NCBI GenBank assembly: GCA_964416895.1
Contig: CAYQGB010000003.1
Span: 1 to 42,669, forward strand
Direction of reading: 5' to 3'
Length of the DNA: 42,669 nt
Source: an uncultured Calditrichaceae bacterium
Lineage (GTDB): Bacteria > Calditrichota > Calditrichia > RBG-13-44-9 > J075
Shown: in pieces, positions 15,977 through 23,341 of the stretch
Layout of the letters: every line of letters starts with the position of its first letter
Position numbering within the stretch: position 1 is the stretch's first letter
Made by a program: the position numbers and the translations under genes
Notes under the pieces: model-generated
The model's database searches: none
Told to the model about the DNA's origin: nothing
The model's input: only the letters and a program-made list of their open reading frames with translations

Positions 15977-17168
15977 CTGCGTCCTCCCAGGTTAAGTATT
16001 CCTTTTCACCCTTCTTGATCTTCTCTACCGCGTCCTCAAATTCCTGCCATTTCTGCTTCCAGTCGATTCCTAACTTCTCGAAGAACGGTTTGTTATCCGT
16101 GTTGTGCCAGTGCAGTTGCAGCACCTTGTAGGGATGGGCGCCCATGGCCAGCGCCGCCATTTGCGAATCGGACATTACCGGAACCCCGACGTTCTTCCCG
16201 TGGGCCCGCCCGGCAAACTGACTCTGATCCAGCGTGGTAACGCAGCCGGTATCGTGGGTTACCACGATGTCCGGGTTGGCTTCGTTTTTCATCACTTCGA
16301 TTTTGCGCTGCACGGCAAAGGAGCGGGAGAAATCCCGGGACACCAGGATGTGCCGGAATCCAAAGCCGCAGCAGTCATACCAGGTGGAATAATCCGCCAC
16401 ATTCACCCCCAGCGCTTTCAGGGTACCGGTAACGATGGCCGACCGCTGTGCTCCGTAGATTTCTTCATCGTAGATGGCGTCCTCTTCCACCAACTTGTGA
16501 TAGTGACAGGCCGGGTGCACCGTGGCGGTGATGTGGCTCATGTCGATTTCCTGCCGGTCGGCGATGCGGTCCCGGATGGCATACACCCACTCGCTGTAGT
16601 GCACGATCTCTTCCGGCATAACCAGCTTTTTGCCCAGCCGCTCCATGATCTCCCGCACCTGGCGGCGCAGATCGTGATGGTGCAGCAGTTCATGGCGTAC
16701 CTCTTTGTAATGTCCGAAGCTGGTGCCGCAATGGATGATGGGAAAGTAGCCGGTTTCGTAGGCGGCGCCGAAGTTACGGGCAGCCACCGCCGCCTGGGCC
16801 GCGGCGTTGGAAGTGGCCGAGGCGTAATAATTCCAGGCAGTGCAGGAGGTCTGATCCCGGGGGTCGATATAATCGAAGCCCAGTTTCCGGTTGATCCAGA
16901 AAATCGAGGTGGAATATCCCGGAATGTGCCCGCACTGGCCGCAGCTTTTATGGTGCCAGGTGTGTTCCAGGGGAATCTTCTTTTTGCGCCCGTACTTGGT
17001 GGTTACCTCCACATACGGTTCGGGCACCCGCTGAACAATCAGTTCCCCCTCCTTTTCCAGTTGAAACAGAATATCGTGAAAATCCTCCGTGGGAGCCTCT
17101 TCCGGCGTGGTCTTGAATCCCGGAGTCTTCCCGGCTTTGATGACTTCTTCAACGGGGATATGGCTCAT
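15969..17168 (-). CDS. shdrB1: HdrB-like CCG-domain protein
   Basis: CCG-type motif WYDCCGFGF plus further conserved Cys. 8-nt overlap with shdrA. Sits between hdrC-like and hdrA-like. Confidence 0.85.
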   Translation of the reverse strand: MSHIPVEEVIKAGKTPGFKTTPEEAPTEDFHDILFQLEKEGELIVQRVPEPYVEVTTKYGRKKKIPLEHTWHHKSCGQCGHIPGYSTSIFWINRKLGFDYIDPRDQTSCTAWNYYASATSNAAAQAAVAARNFGAAYETGYFPIIHCGTSFGHYKEVRHELLHHHDLRRQVREIMERLGKKLVMPEEIVHYSEWVYAIRDRIADRQEIDMSHITATVHPACHYHKLVEEDAIYDEEIYGAQRSAIVTGTLKALGVNVADYSTWYDCCGFGFRHILVSRDFSRSFAVQRKIEVMKNEANPDIVVTHDTGCVTTLDQSQFAGRAHGKNVGVPVMSDSQMAALAMGAHPYKVLQLHWHNTDNKPFFEKLGIDWKQKWQEFEDAVEKIKKGEKEYLTWEDADA

Positions 17169-17213
17169 GGCTTACCCTCGCAATTTATATGATTGAATGG
17201 TTTCCTTTTGGGA

Positions 17214-17957
17214 TCAATCAAACGTGACATCGTCGTACCCGGCTTCCTCCAGGCGCTCTTCCATCACGTCTTGCAGGATCATAAACAGCCCCTCATCCAC
17301 CTCTTTGATCATGTCCATCACCCCGGTCATGTGCCAGATGAGGTACAGCTCGATCATGGTTTTCTCATCCACGTCCCAGCCGATTTCGGTGGTGTGCAGG
17401 GTTTCCGGGGGCAGCGCCCGACGCCAGAGCTCTAAGTTCTCGGAGATCTCATGCACGTGGGTACCCCAGTCGGGGAAGGCATCCGGTTGGAGCATATCCG
17501 GGGAAACCTGGGTTCCGGTGGACATGATTTTGTAGATGATCCGGCCGTAGCCTTCCAGAGCCTCCCGGGCGGTTTGCAGACCGTTTTTCACCGCCACTTC
17601 CCGCAGCAGGGTGATCAGCCCGCCCGGCGAATTCCCCCGGGGGCAGCGGTCACAGGAGAAGCACTGGGAACAATCCCAGATGCTGTCGTTCATCAGGGTG
17701 TACACCAGTTCCACGTCTTCCCGGGCGCAGGCCTGGGCGATCACCCGGGGACTGAAATCGTAGAAGCGCGCCGACGGGCAGGCGGCCACGCACACGCCGC
17801 ACTCATAACATCCGTAGAGCACGTCTTTATAGCGAATATCGGCCTTGACTTCTTCAAACAGCCGCTTTTTCTCCTCGTACGGCACCTCGGCATAGCGATC
17901 CTGAGATAGATCCAGCGGATACGTATTCAAAGCATGAGAATCCTGCCAGGCGGCCAT
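17214..17957 (-). CDS. shdrC1: HdrC-like 2x[4Fe-4S] protein
   Basis: CYECGVCVAACP and CSQCFSCDRCP. Confidence 0.85.
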   Translation of the reverse strand: MAAWQDSHALNTYPLDLSQDRYAEVPYEEKKRLFEEVKADIRYKDVLYGCYECGVCVAACPSARFYDFSPRVIAQACAREDVELVYTLMNDSIWDCSQCFSCDRCPRGNSPGGLITLLREVAVKNGLQTAREALEGYGRIIYKIMSTGTQVSPDMLQPDAFPDWGTHVHEISENLELWRRALPPETLHTTEIGWDVDEKTMIELYLIWHMTGVMDMIKEVDEGLFMILQDVMEERLEEAGYDDVTFD

Positions 17958-17982
17958 GGGGTATCTCCTTTTCCATTAAACG

Positions 17983-18453
17983 TTAGTCTTCGAAGCCTTC
18001 CAGATGCTCGCAGGCTTTGATGTCTTCTTTTTCGATCTTTTCCCGATAAGCCTGCACCGCATCATCGCCGGTGTGTAGCTCTTTCAGCTCTTCATCCAGA
18101 TTGGAGGGTTTGAGTTTGACAATCCAGCCTTTTTTGTACGGGCTGCGATTGAGCAGTTGGGGATCGGAGGCGAGCGCCTCGTTGACTTCCACAATTTCCC
18201 CGGAGATGGGGGTTTTGACCGGCCCCACCCACTTGCTGCTCTCCACCGTTCCGATGGGTTTTCCTTTGGCCCGTGTGGTGCCCACTTTTTTCACCCGGGC
18301 GTGCAGAATCGGCCCGGCCAGATTTTGAGCCACGTCGGTCATTCCCACGGTCACCGTGCCGTCATCGTTGGGCTGCGCCCAGGTGTGATCATCCACCGCA
18401 TAGTACAACTGTTTCAGGATCACACACCCTCGAATTTCTTCACGATCTGCCAT
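17983..18453 (-). CDS. lbpA: GcvH-like lipoate-binding protein (LbpA-type), second copy
   Basis: ATG at 18453 with GAGGAA upstream. GTVESSKWVGPVKTPISGEIVEVN carries the lipoyl-Lys motif. First gene of the shdrC1B1A unit. Confidence 0.85.
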   Translation of the reverse strand: MADREEIRGCVILKQLYYAVDDHTWAQPNDDGTVTVGMTDVAQNLAGPILHARVKKVGTTRAKGKPIGTVESSKWVGPVKTPISGEIVEVNEALASDPQLLNRSPYKKGWIVKLKPSNLDEELKELHTGDDAVQAYREKIEKEDIKACEHLEGFED

Positions 18454-18528
18454 GTCAACGTTCCTCACCGTTTAGAGTCCTTCCGGGGATTGCAGGGTAA
18501 GGGGAATATTGTGCGACAGGCGAAGCAC

Positions 18529-18572
18529 CGTATTGCGTAATGCGTATTTCGTGAGGACATTACGCAATACGC
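18529..18572. repeat. TACGCAA-type heptamer inverted repeat
   Basis: cgtattgcgtaatgcgtatttcg ... tacgcaatacgc. The following acgctattcc is shared with the copy at 32746-32765. Confidence 0.7.
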
Positions 18573-18641
18573 TATTCCCGATTTTTCTTATCTCCACGTA
18601 TGTAATCGCGCACCCCAATACCCCTTAATATCCTGATTCCC

Positions 18642-19022
18642 TTAAAAATACATCACATGATCCGCATTCAACGCCAGATCGATGATGCTGGTGGCGCCCA
18701 GAATTTCCACTCCCTCGATCAAATCCTCTTTGGTCATGTTCCACAAATCCATGCTCTGCTGGCACACCCGCAGTTTGACCCCGGCTTCCAGAGCCTGATC
18801 CAGCAAGGTCTTCAGGGTGACATCGCTGGTGGGATCCAGTTGCACTTTTTCCGCCTCGCCTTTTTTCAACTGATTGGTGCCGTTCATGGTGAACCATACC
18901 ATCACATCCATCTCCATGGCTGCGGCGGCCATGGCGTAAAAAATCGGCGAGTACGTGCGGGTGGGGGTATCCACCCCGTGGGTTTGAATCACCAGAATCT
19001 TTTTGCCTTCCAGATCTTCCAC
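18642..19022 (-). CDS. DsrE/DsrF-like family sulfur-relay protein (126 aa)
   Basis: KILVIQTHGVDTPTRTYSPIFYAMAAAAM...VCQQSMD...GATSIIDL follows the DsrE/YchN pattern. GTG start with GGAGG 7 nt upstream. Confidence 0.75.
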   Translation of the reverse strand: MEDLEGKKILVIQTHGVDTPTRTYSPIFYAMAAAAMEMDVMVWFTMNGTNQLKKGEAEKVQLDPTSDVTLKTLLDQALEAGVKLRVCQQSMDLWNMTKEDLIEGVEILGATSIIDLALNADHVMYF

Positions 19023-19100
19023 TGCTTACCTCCGATTTTTGAATAGTGATGTAAATTGGCGCTTTTCGTTGGTCTAAAAAGTTTCCAGGTCTTTTGCCAT

Positions 19101-19294
19101 CGTGCGTGATGCGTGATTATTTGCCTTCATTCGGTGTGTCCTAGGCTTACGAAAAACAGCCAAAACCCGATGACTTCCGCTTTATCTCTTGATACGTGAT
19201 ACGTGATTGTTTTTTACATATATGATTATTTTTTCACGCATTACGCATCACGTTTCACGCATCACGCATTACCATTACGCATCACGTTTCACGC
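19101..19294. repeat. CACGCAT/CACGTTT heptamer arrays in inverted orientation around an AT-rich core
   Basis: cgtgcgtgatgcgtgat (19101-), gatacgtgatacgtgat (19191-), AT core tgttttttacatatatgattatttttt, then tcacgcattacgcatcacgtttcacgcatcacgcattaccattacgcatcacgtttcacgc (19234-19294). Confidence 0.8.
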
Positions 19295-19635
19295 TTTTCG
19301 GTTTCTGCTTCGGGTAAATCATCTTCCAAAGAAATAGTGCAGGGTTTGAAGGGATCGGCCAGCACGATCAGGTGCTGCCGTTCCCAATCCCATTCCTCCT
19401 CCAGTTCCATCATGTGCTCGTGCAGATCCTCTTTCCGGGGGCTGTGGCGGATCAGCCGCAGCTTTACCGGGGTCTGGTTTGCGTTGACCTCCAGAACTTC
19501 CAACAGCAGCCATTCCCCGGCTTTTTCCTGATAAATCCGGGCAATGTCCGGCAATGTGAGAATTTTGTCTTCCCATTCACTCACGGCTTTCCCATCAGCT
19601 CTGGGCAATTTTTTCTGACAGAGTGGCAATGGCAT
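19282..19635 (-). CDS. small hypothetical protein (alternative GTG start at 19584)
   Basis: ORF directly after the second ligase gene. The ATG start overlaps that gene by 41 nt, whereas the GTG at 19584 lies 11 nt after its stop. Acidic, no motif. Its last codons lie in the heptamer repeat. Confidence 0.45.
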   Translation of the reverse strand: MPLPLCQKKLPRADGKAVSEWEDKILTLPDIARIYQEKAGEWLLLEVLEVNANQTPVKLRLIRHSPRKEDLHEHMMELEEEWDWERQHLIVLADPFKPCTISLEDDLPEAETEKRET

Positions 19636-20674
19636 CTACCCAATCCGGAATGGTGACTCCGGGCGTTTGAATGCCTTCCTCCAGATAAAACTTTTGAATC
19701 CGACGCAACAGGGTGGAGCGGTTAGCCTTTACCCCCCGGAGGGTCTCTTCCAATTGCCGAATTTTCTCCTGGGGATAAAAGGTAAAATCTCCGGAAATAA
19801 GGATGTCGTCAATATGGTGGTCTCGCAGGCGCAGGGTAATGCGGATCAGGCCCCCGGGGGTTTTGACCTGAGTTTCCCCCACCCATACACCGCCGTGAAT
19901 TTTGACCGCCGGTCGGGCGTATCCCCCTTTGGAGAACAACCACTCCTCTGTGGCAAACTTCCGTTCGGTGTCGGCAATGGCCTGTTCTTCGGCCCCGGTC
20001 AGCTCTCCCACTTCCACCCGTTCGCCGAAAATCTTCTCGCATTCTTCCACATACAGCCGGATGACTTCTTCCCGTTGTGGAAGCGTGTTCAGTTCCTTCT
20101 TCATGGTGGTCATGTAATCCCGAAGGCCGGAATACACTTTGTCGCGAAACTTCTCATCCGGCACCCGCAGGATTCTGGCCATCAGATCGATGTTGAAGTC
20201 GAACATGAAATTGCCCACCAGCACCTCGGCCTGACCGATTCGGGCGGCGCCCAGACCGGCAATTTTACGCCCGGCCACCTGGATGTCGTTGATGGGGCGG
20301 AAGTAAGCCTCGATCCCCAGCCGCTTGTAGGTCTGAATAATGGGGAGGGCATGGAGGCGGAACCGTTCATCCACCCGCATGGGCAGTGAGGAAGGCGAAA
20401 ACACCCACTGGGTAAACAGTTGATCCTGATCCAGATATACCGCTCCCCCGCCGACTTCCCGGCGAACGATGGGCAAATCATGGGCCCGGCAAAACTCCAC
20501 ATCCACCTCTTTGGTGACCTCCTGGTGAAATCCAATGCAGATGTACGGAGCCGAGGGGGTAACCAGCAGGATGGTGTTGGGGCTTTGAGAATGAAAGGCC
20601 CGCGCCACGCCGTGATATACCGCCTGGGAACGTAGCGGCGGCACCGTGCCCATGTGGATCAGGCGAATGGCCAT
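19595..20674 (-). CDS. second LplA-family lipoate-protein ligase paralog
   Basis: VRREVGGGAVYLDQDQL and NDIQVAGRKIAGLGAARIG match the same motifs as the 9580-10719 protein. Confidence 0.85.
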   Translation of the reverse strand: MAIRLIHMGTVPPLRSQAVYHGVARAFHSQSPNTILLVTPSAPYICIGFHQEVTKEVDVEFCRAHDLPIVRREVGGGAVYLDQDQLFTQWVFSPSSLPMRVDERFRLHALPIIQTYKRLGIEAYFRPINDIQVAGRKIAGLGAARIGQAEVLVGNFMFDFNIDLMARILRVPDEKFRDKVYSGLRDYMTTMKKELNTLPQREEVIRLYVEECEKIFGERVEVGELTGAEEQAIADTERKFATEEWLFSKGGYARPAVKIHGGVWVGETQVKTPGGLIRITLRLRDHHIDDILISGDFTFYPQEKIRQLEETLRGVKANRSTLLRRIQKFYLEEGIQTPGVTIPDWVDAIATLSEKIAQS

Positions 20675-20714
20675 CTTTTCTGCTCCGTGCCCTCTTCCTT
20701 CAATTTTGTTCAGG

Positions 20715-20749
20715 CAAAAAAAGCCCTCCTGCCCCCTCCGTGGGAGGGG
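20715..20749 (-). terminator. weak terminator-like hairpin between the dsrE-like gene and ligase 2
   Basis: CCCCTCC-gtg-GGAGGGG (20733-20749). On the minus strand a T7 run follows, but only after 10 intervening nt. Confidence 0.25.
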
Positions 20750-20871
20750 TTTTCCCGGATAAGACCCCGGGGAAAATCTCCTCAGATGGTCGGCGTCGTT
20801 ACGACGCGTTCAGGATTGAAAACCGATGGATTCGCAATTCGGCAACCTTCTCTCCACCAGGAGATGGGCAT

Positions 20872-21402
20872 CTATATAAACAGCGACACATCTGCATCGG
20901 CGGCGTATTCCAGGAAGGTGGCCGCTCCGCCGATTTCACAGCCGTCTACAAAATCCTCTTTCTTGAAGCCGAATACATCCATGGTCATCTGGCAGCCGAT
21001 GAGACGCACGTCCTCCATTTCCAGACACATCTCCCGCAGTTCTTCGATGGTGGCCACCCCCTTCTTCTGGAAGGTCTTTTTCATCAGGCTGGTGGCCACG
21101 GATTCAAATCCGGGGAGATTGCTCATCAGCAGATTGGGGATGGGGAGGCTGACTTTCTGTAACGCTTCCGGGCCGAAAGGCAGCTTCATGGGCATGGCCG
21201 GATTTCCCACCGGAGAAACGGCGGCATCCAGTTTCTTTTTCAGTAAGGGAAGCCCATAAAAGGTGAAGAAAATGGCCACTTCCCAGCCCATGGCCCCGGC
21301 AGCAGTGGCGAGGATAAAGGGCGGGTACGCCCAGTCCAGGGTGCCCTTTGAGGAGATAAGCGCCAGACGACGCTTTCCGTTTTTCCCATTGTTCTGTGCC
21401 AT
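20872..21402 (-). CDS. DsrE/DsrF-like (peroxiredoxin-like annotation class) sulfur-relay protein, 176 aa, DsrE3-like
   Basis: LALISSKGTLDWAYPPFILATAAGAMGWEVAIFFTFYG ... IGCQMTMD ... GGAATFLE. This long DsrE-type protein is usually found next to tusA. Confidence 0.8.
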   Translation of the reverse strand: MAQNNGKNGKRRLALISSKGTLDWAYPPFILATAAGAMGWEVAIFFTFYGLPLLKKKLDAAVSPVGNPAMPMKLPFGPEALQKVSLPIPNLLMSNLPGFESVATSLMKKTFQKKGVATIEELREMCLEMEDVRLIGCQMTMDVFGFKKEDFVDGCEIGGAATFLEYAADADVSLFI

Positions 21403-21427
21403 GCGGTGATCTCCTTATGTATGGCGG

Positions 21428-21667
21428 TTAATGGGTTTTTTTGATATGGAACCGATACTTCCCCTCTTCCTCCTGCGCCAGCAGCAGCTCATGCCCTGTC
21501 TGTCGTGCCCACGCCTCCATATCAGGAATCGAACCCGGATCGGTGGCGATCATCTCCAGCACCTGCCCCACTTCCAATTCCTTCATGGCCTTGTTGGTCT
21601 TGACCACCGGCATGGGGCAGAGCAAACCGGAGCAATCCAGGGTCTGATCGACGGTGTAATCGGCCAT
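21428..21667 (-). CDS. tusA: TusA-family sulfur carrier
   Basis: LDCSGLLCPMPVVKTNKAMKEL contains the canonical CPxP active-site motif. Confidence 0.92.
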   Translation of the reverse strand: MADYTVDQTLDCSGLLCPMPVVKTNKAMKELEVGQVLEMIATDPGSIPDMEAWARQTGHELLLAQEEEGKYRFHIKKTH

Positions 21668-21683
21668 ACGATGCCTCCTGAGC

Positions 21684-21914
21684 TTATTTTTGGATGAAGA
21701 AACGGGTAAAATCTTCCCGTGCGTAGATGTCCAGCAGTTTGTATCCGGTCAGCCGACTCCAGGCGGCAATATCCAGATGGGCCGCGGGATCGTCGGAGAG
21801 CAGTTCCAGCACCTCACCTTTCCGAAGGGGCGCCAGGGCCGCCGGCAATTTCAAAATGGAAACAAATACATCCATTCCACGACAATCCAGGCATTTGCTT
21901 ACCACGATGGTCAT
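21684..21914 (-). CDS. TusA-like protein lacking the CPxP active-site cysteine
   Basis: LDCRGMDVFVSILKLPAAL aligns to LDCSGLLCPMPVVKTNKAM of the neighbour. The active-site Cys-Pro is replaced by Val-Phe. The rest of the fold pattern (EVLELLSDDPAAHLDIAAW) is kept. Confidence 0.75.
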   Translation of the reverse strand: MTIVVSKCLDCRGMDVFVSILKLPAALAPLRKGEVLELLSDDPAAHLDIAAWSRLTGYKLLDIYAREDFTRFFIQK

Positions 21915-21948
21915 TCACAAAATCCTTTCTCATCGGATGGTGATGTAG

Positions 21949-21964
21949 CGCAAAAGGCATACCA
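21949..21964 (-). promoter_or_regulatory. sigma-54 (-24/-12) promoter candidate for the tusA-like/tusA/dsrE operon
   Basis: The minus strand reads TGGTATG-CCTT-TTGCG against consensus TGGCACG-N4-TTGCW, with correct GG/GC spacing. The -12 element lies about 35 nt upstream of the ATG at 21914, with a GAAAGGA RBS in between. Two sigma-54 activators are encoded in the window. Confidence 0.55.
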
Positions 21965-22155
21965 AAAGGGAGCAAAGGAAGGAGCAAATGAGAAATTTTA
22001 TCCGCCCCCGTGGTTCCGGTGTGTATGCGCTTGGCCGTGCTAACGGAATGTTGACCCTATCCTCAATGTTTGCAAAAACCTTTTGTTCCCATCCCGAAGC
22101 GTTGGGACCAGAAACGAGCGGTGAATGAAGTGGGGGAGATTATCCAATACCTTTC

Positions 22156-22340
22156 GTAACTATTCAGGTACCCACAGAGAAGGTGCTTAGAGGCAATACC
22201 GAAGGGCTTTTCTGCGATTTCTCCCTCACCCCCGGCCCCTCCCCGGCGGGAGAGGGGAGTTTTATTCCGCCGGAGCGGAATGAGGGGAAAATGACAAGAC
22301 AAAAAACAGGCAGCACTCTGGAAAAGACCTGAATAGTTAC
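22156..22340. mobile_element. MITE-like element with 14-bp terminal inverted repeats
   Basis: gtaactattcaggt (22156-22169) and acctgaatagttac (22327-22340) are perfect reverse complements. The interior holds hairpins CCCCTC-cccggcggg-GAGGGG and ATTCCGC-cgga-GCGGAAT. No coding capacity. Confidence 0.5.
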
Positions 22341-22420
22341 TACCGTTTATGGTGGTTTTGCTTCAGGTGATTCTATGGCATTCTTGCCATATCTCCGGAA
22401 TCAATACCATAATTCCCCAC

Positions 22421-22756
22421 CTACCCAAAAGCAATGGAAGCGGTGGATTGATAAGTTCCTCCCTGGTTGTCCCGAAAGATCATTTTCAGCGGGGCCTGTT
22501 TGGTGGCTTTCAAATAGAAGCTGAACAGAGGATTCTGGCTGACGCCGGCCCCGATTTCAAAGTGGGCGATCTTGTCCTCGCCGTAGTATACTTCTACATC
22601 TTCGATGTAATGTGCCGGAATGCGTTCCCCGGTGCGGCGATTCTTTCGCCTTCCCGTTTCCATGGGGTGGATGATGATGCACTTCACTTCCACAAGGTCA
22701 TTGGGATGAATCGACCGGGGAAGTTTGATCTTGCTTTTGCCGATTTTAATGCCCAT
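22421..22756 (-). CDS. soxZ: SoxZ sulfur-compound-binding protein
   Basis: VEVKCIIIHPMETGRRKNRRTGERIPAHYIEDVEVYYG...SQNPLFSF is the SoxZ pattern. Immediately follows soxY. Confidence 0.88.
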   Translation of the reverse strand: MGIKIGKSKIKLPRSIHPNDLVEVKCIIIHPMETGRRKNRRTGERIPAHYIEDVEVYYGEDKIAHFEIGAGVSQNPLFSFYLKATKQAPLKMIFRDNQGGTYQSTASIAFG

Positions 22757-22827
22757 AGCCCAACCTTTCTATTTTGCAGGATTTTTACCGTACTTTGTCC
22801 CACAGTATCCCATATATGGCCGGTTTA

Positions 22828-23307
22828 TCATCCGCATCCACTCAGGGTTACCCGCACCGAACGCTGCCCGTGGAACAGTTCTCCGGTGTTGGTTTCGGCG
22901 ATGGCGTGCACCGGACTGGTTTCGGCCATCTTGATCCGGGTGCTGATGTAGGCCTTACCGTTGGCCGGGGTGAGGTGAAACTTTCCGATCAGCGGAACGG
23001 GGTTCTTCTGAGAAAGGATGTAAATGGTCTGGATGTATTGATCCGCCTCCATGGGAAAATCCACTTCCACGGCCACGGGAACGGTGGCGCCGTTTTCGGC
23101 CAATTCCGGAGCGGAGACGCTCACCCGTTCGCGCTGCATGGCCCGGTCTCCGAACAACCGCTGCATGGCCGCCTCGAAGCTTTCCTCGATGTAATGGCTT
23201 TCCCGGGAAGGGGATTGCTGCGCTTTCAGCCCGGAAGGGAAAAACATTATGCCCAGCCCGATCTTTCCCAGAAATATGACAAATTCCCGACGGGACAACC
23301 ACTTCAT
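22828..23307 (-). CDS. soxY: SoxY sulfur carrier protein
   Basis: Tat-like SRREF signal, AENGATVPVAV and a C-terminal ...VTLSGCG (swinging-arm Cys). Confidence 0.88.
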   Translation of the reverse strand: MKWLSRREFVIFLGKIGLGIMFFPSGLKAQQSPSRESHYIEESFEAAMQRLFGDRAMQRERVSVSAPELAENGATVPVAVEVDFPMEADQYIQTIYILSQKNPVPLIGKFHLTPANGKAYISTRIKMAETSPVHAIAETNTGELFHGQRSVRVTLSGCG

Positions 23308-23341
23308 GCTGCTGCTCCTTAACTCGTGTTTCGGTGAATGG

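Noticed and set aside
11897-18453. Interpreting the two GcvH-like genes as a glycine cleavage system
   Set aside because: No gcvT, gcvP or lpd genes are nearby, and both copies are embedded among hdr-like and lipoylation genes. The LbpA-type reading is preferred, pending phylogeny.
22063-22302. 79-aa ORF in the soxZ/tusA-like intergenic region
   Set aside because: It lies across the MITE-like element and its G/C-rich hairpins, is low-complexity (RRGGAGGEGE) and has no RBS.
22375-22390. Palindrome ATGGCAttctTGCCAT after soxZ as a terminator or sigma-54 site
   Set aside because: The 6-bp stem has no U-tract on the minus strand, and the GG/GC spacing is wrong for sigma-54. It may be a protein-binding palindrome, but there is no support.
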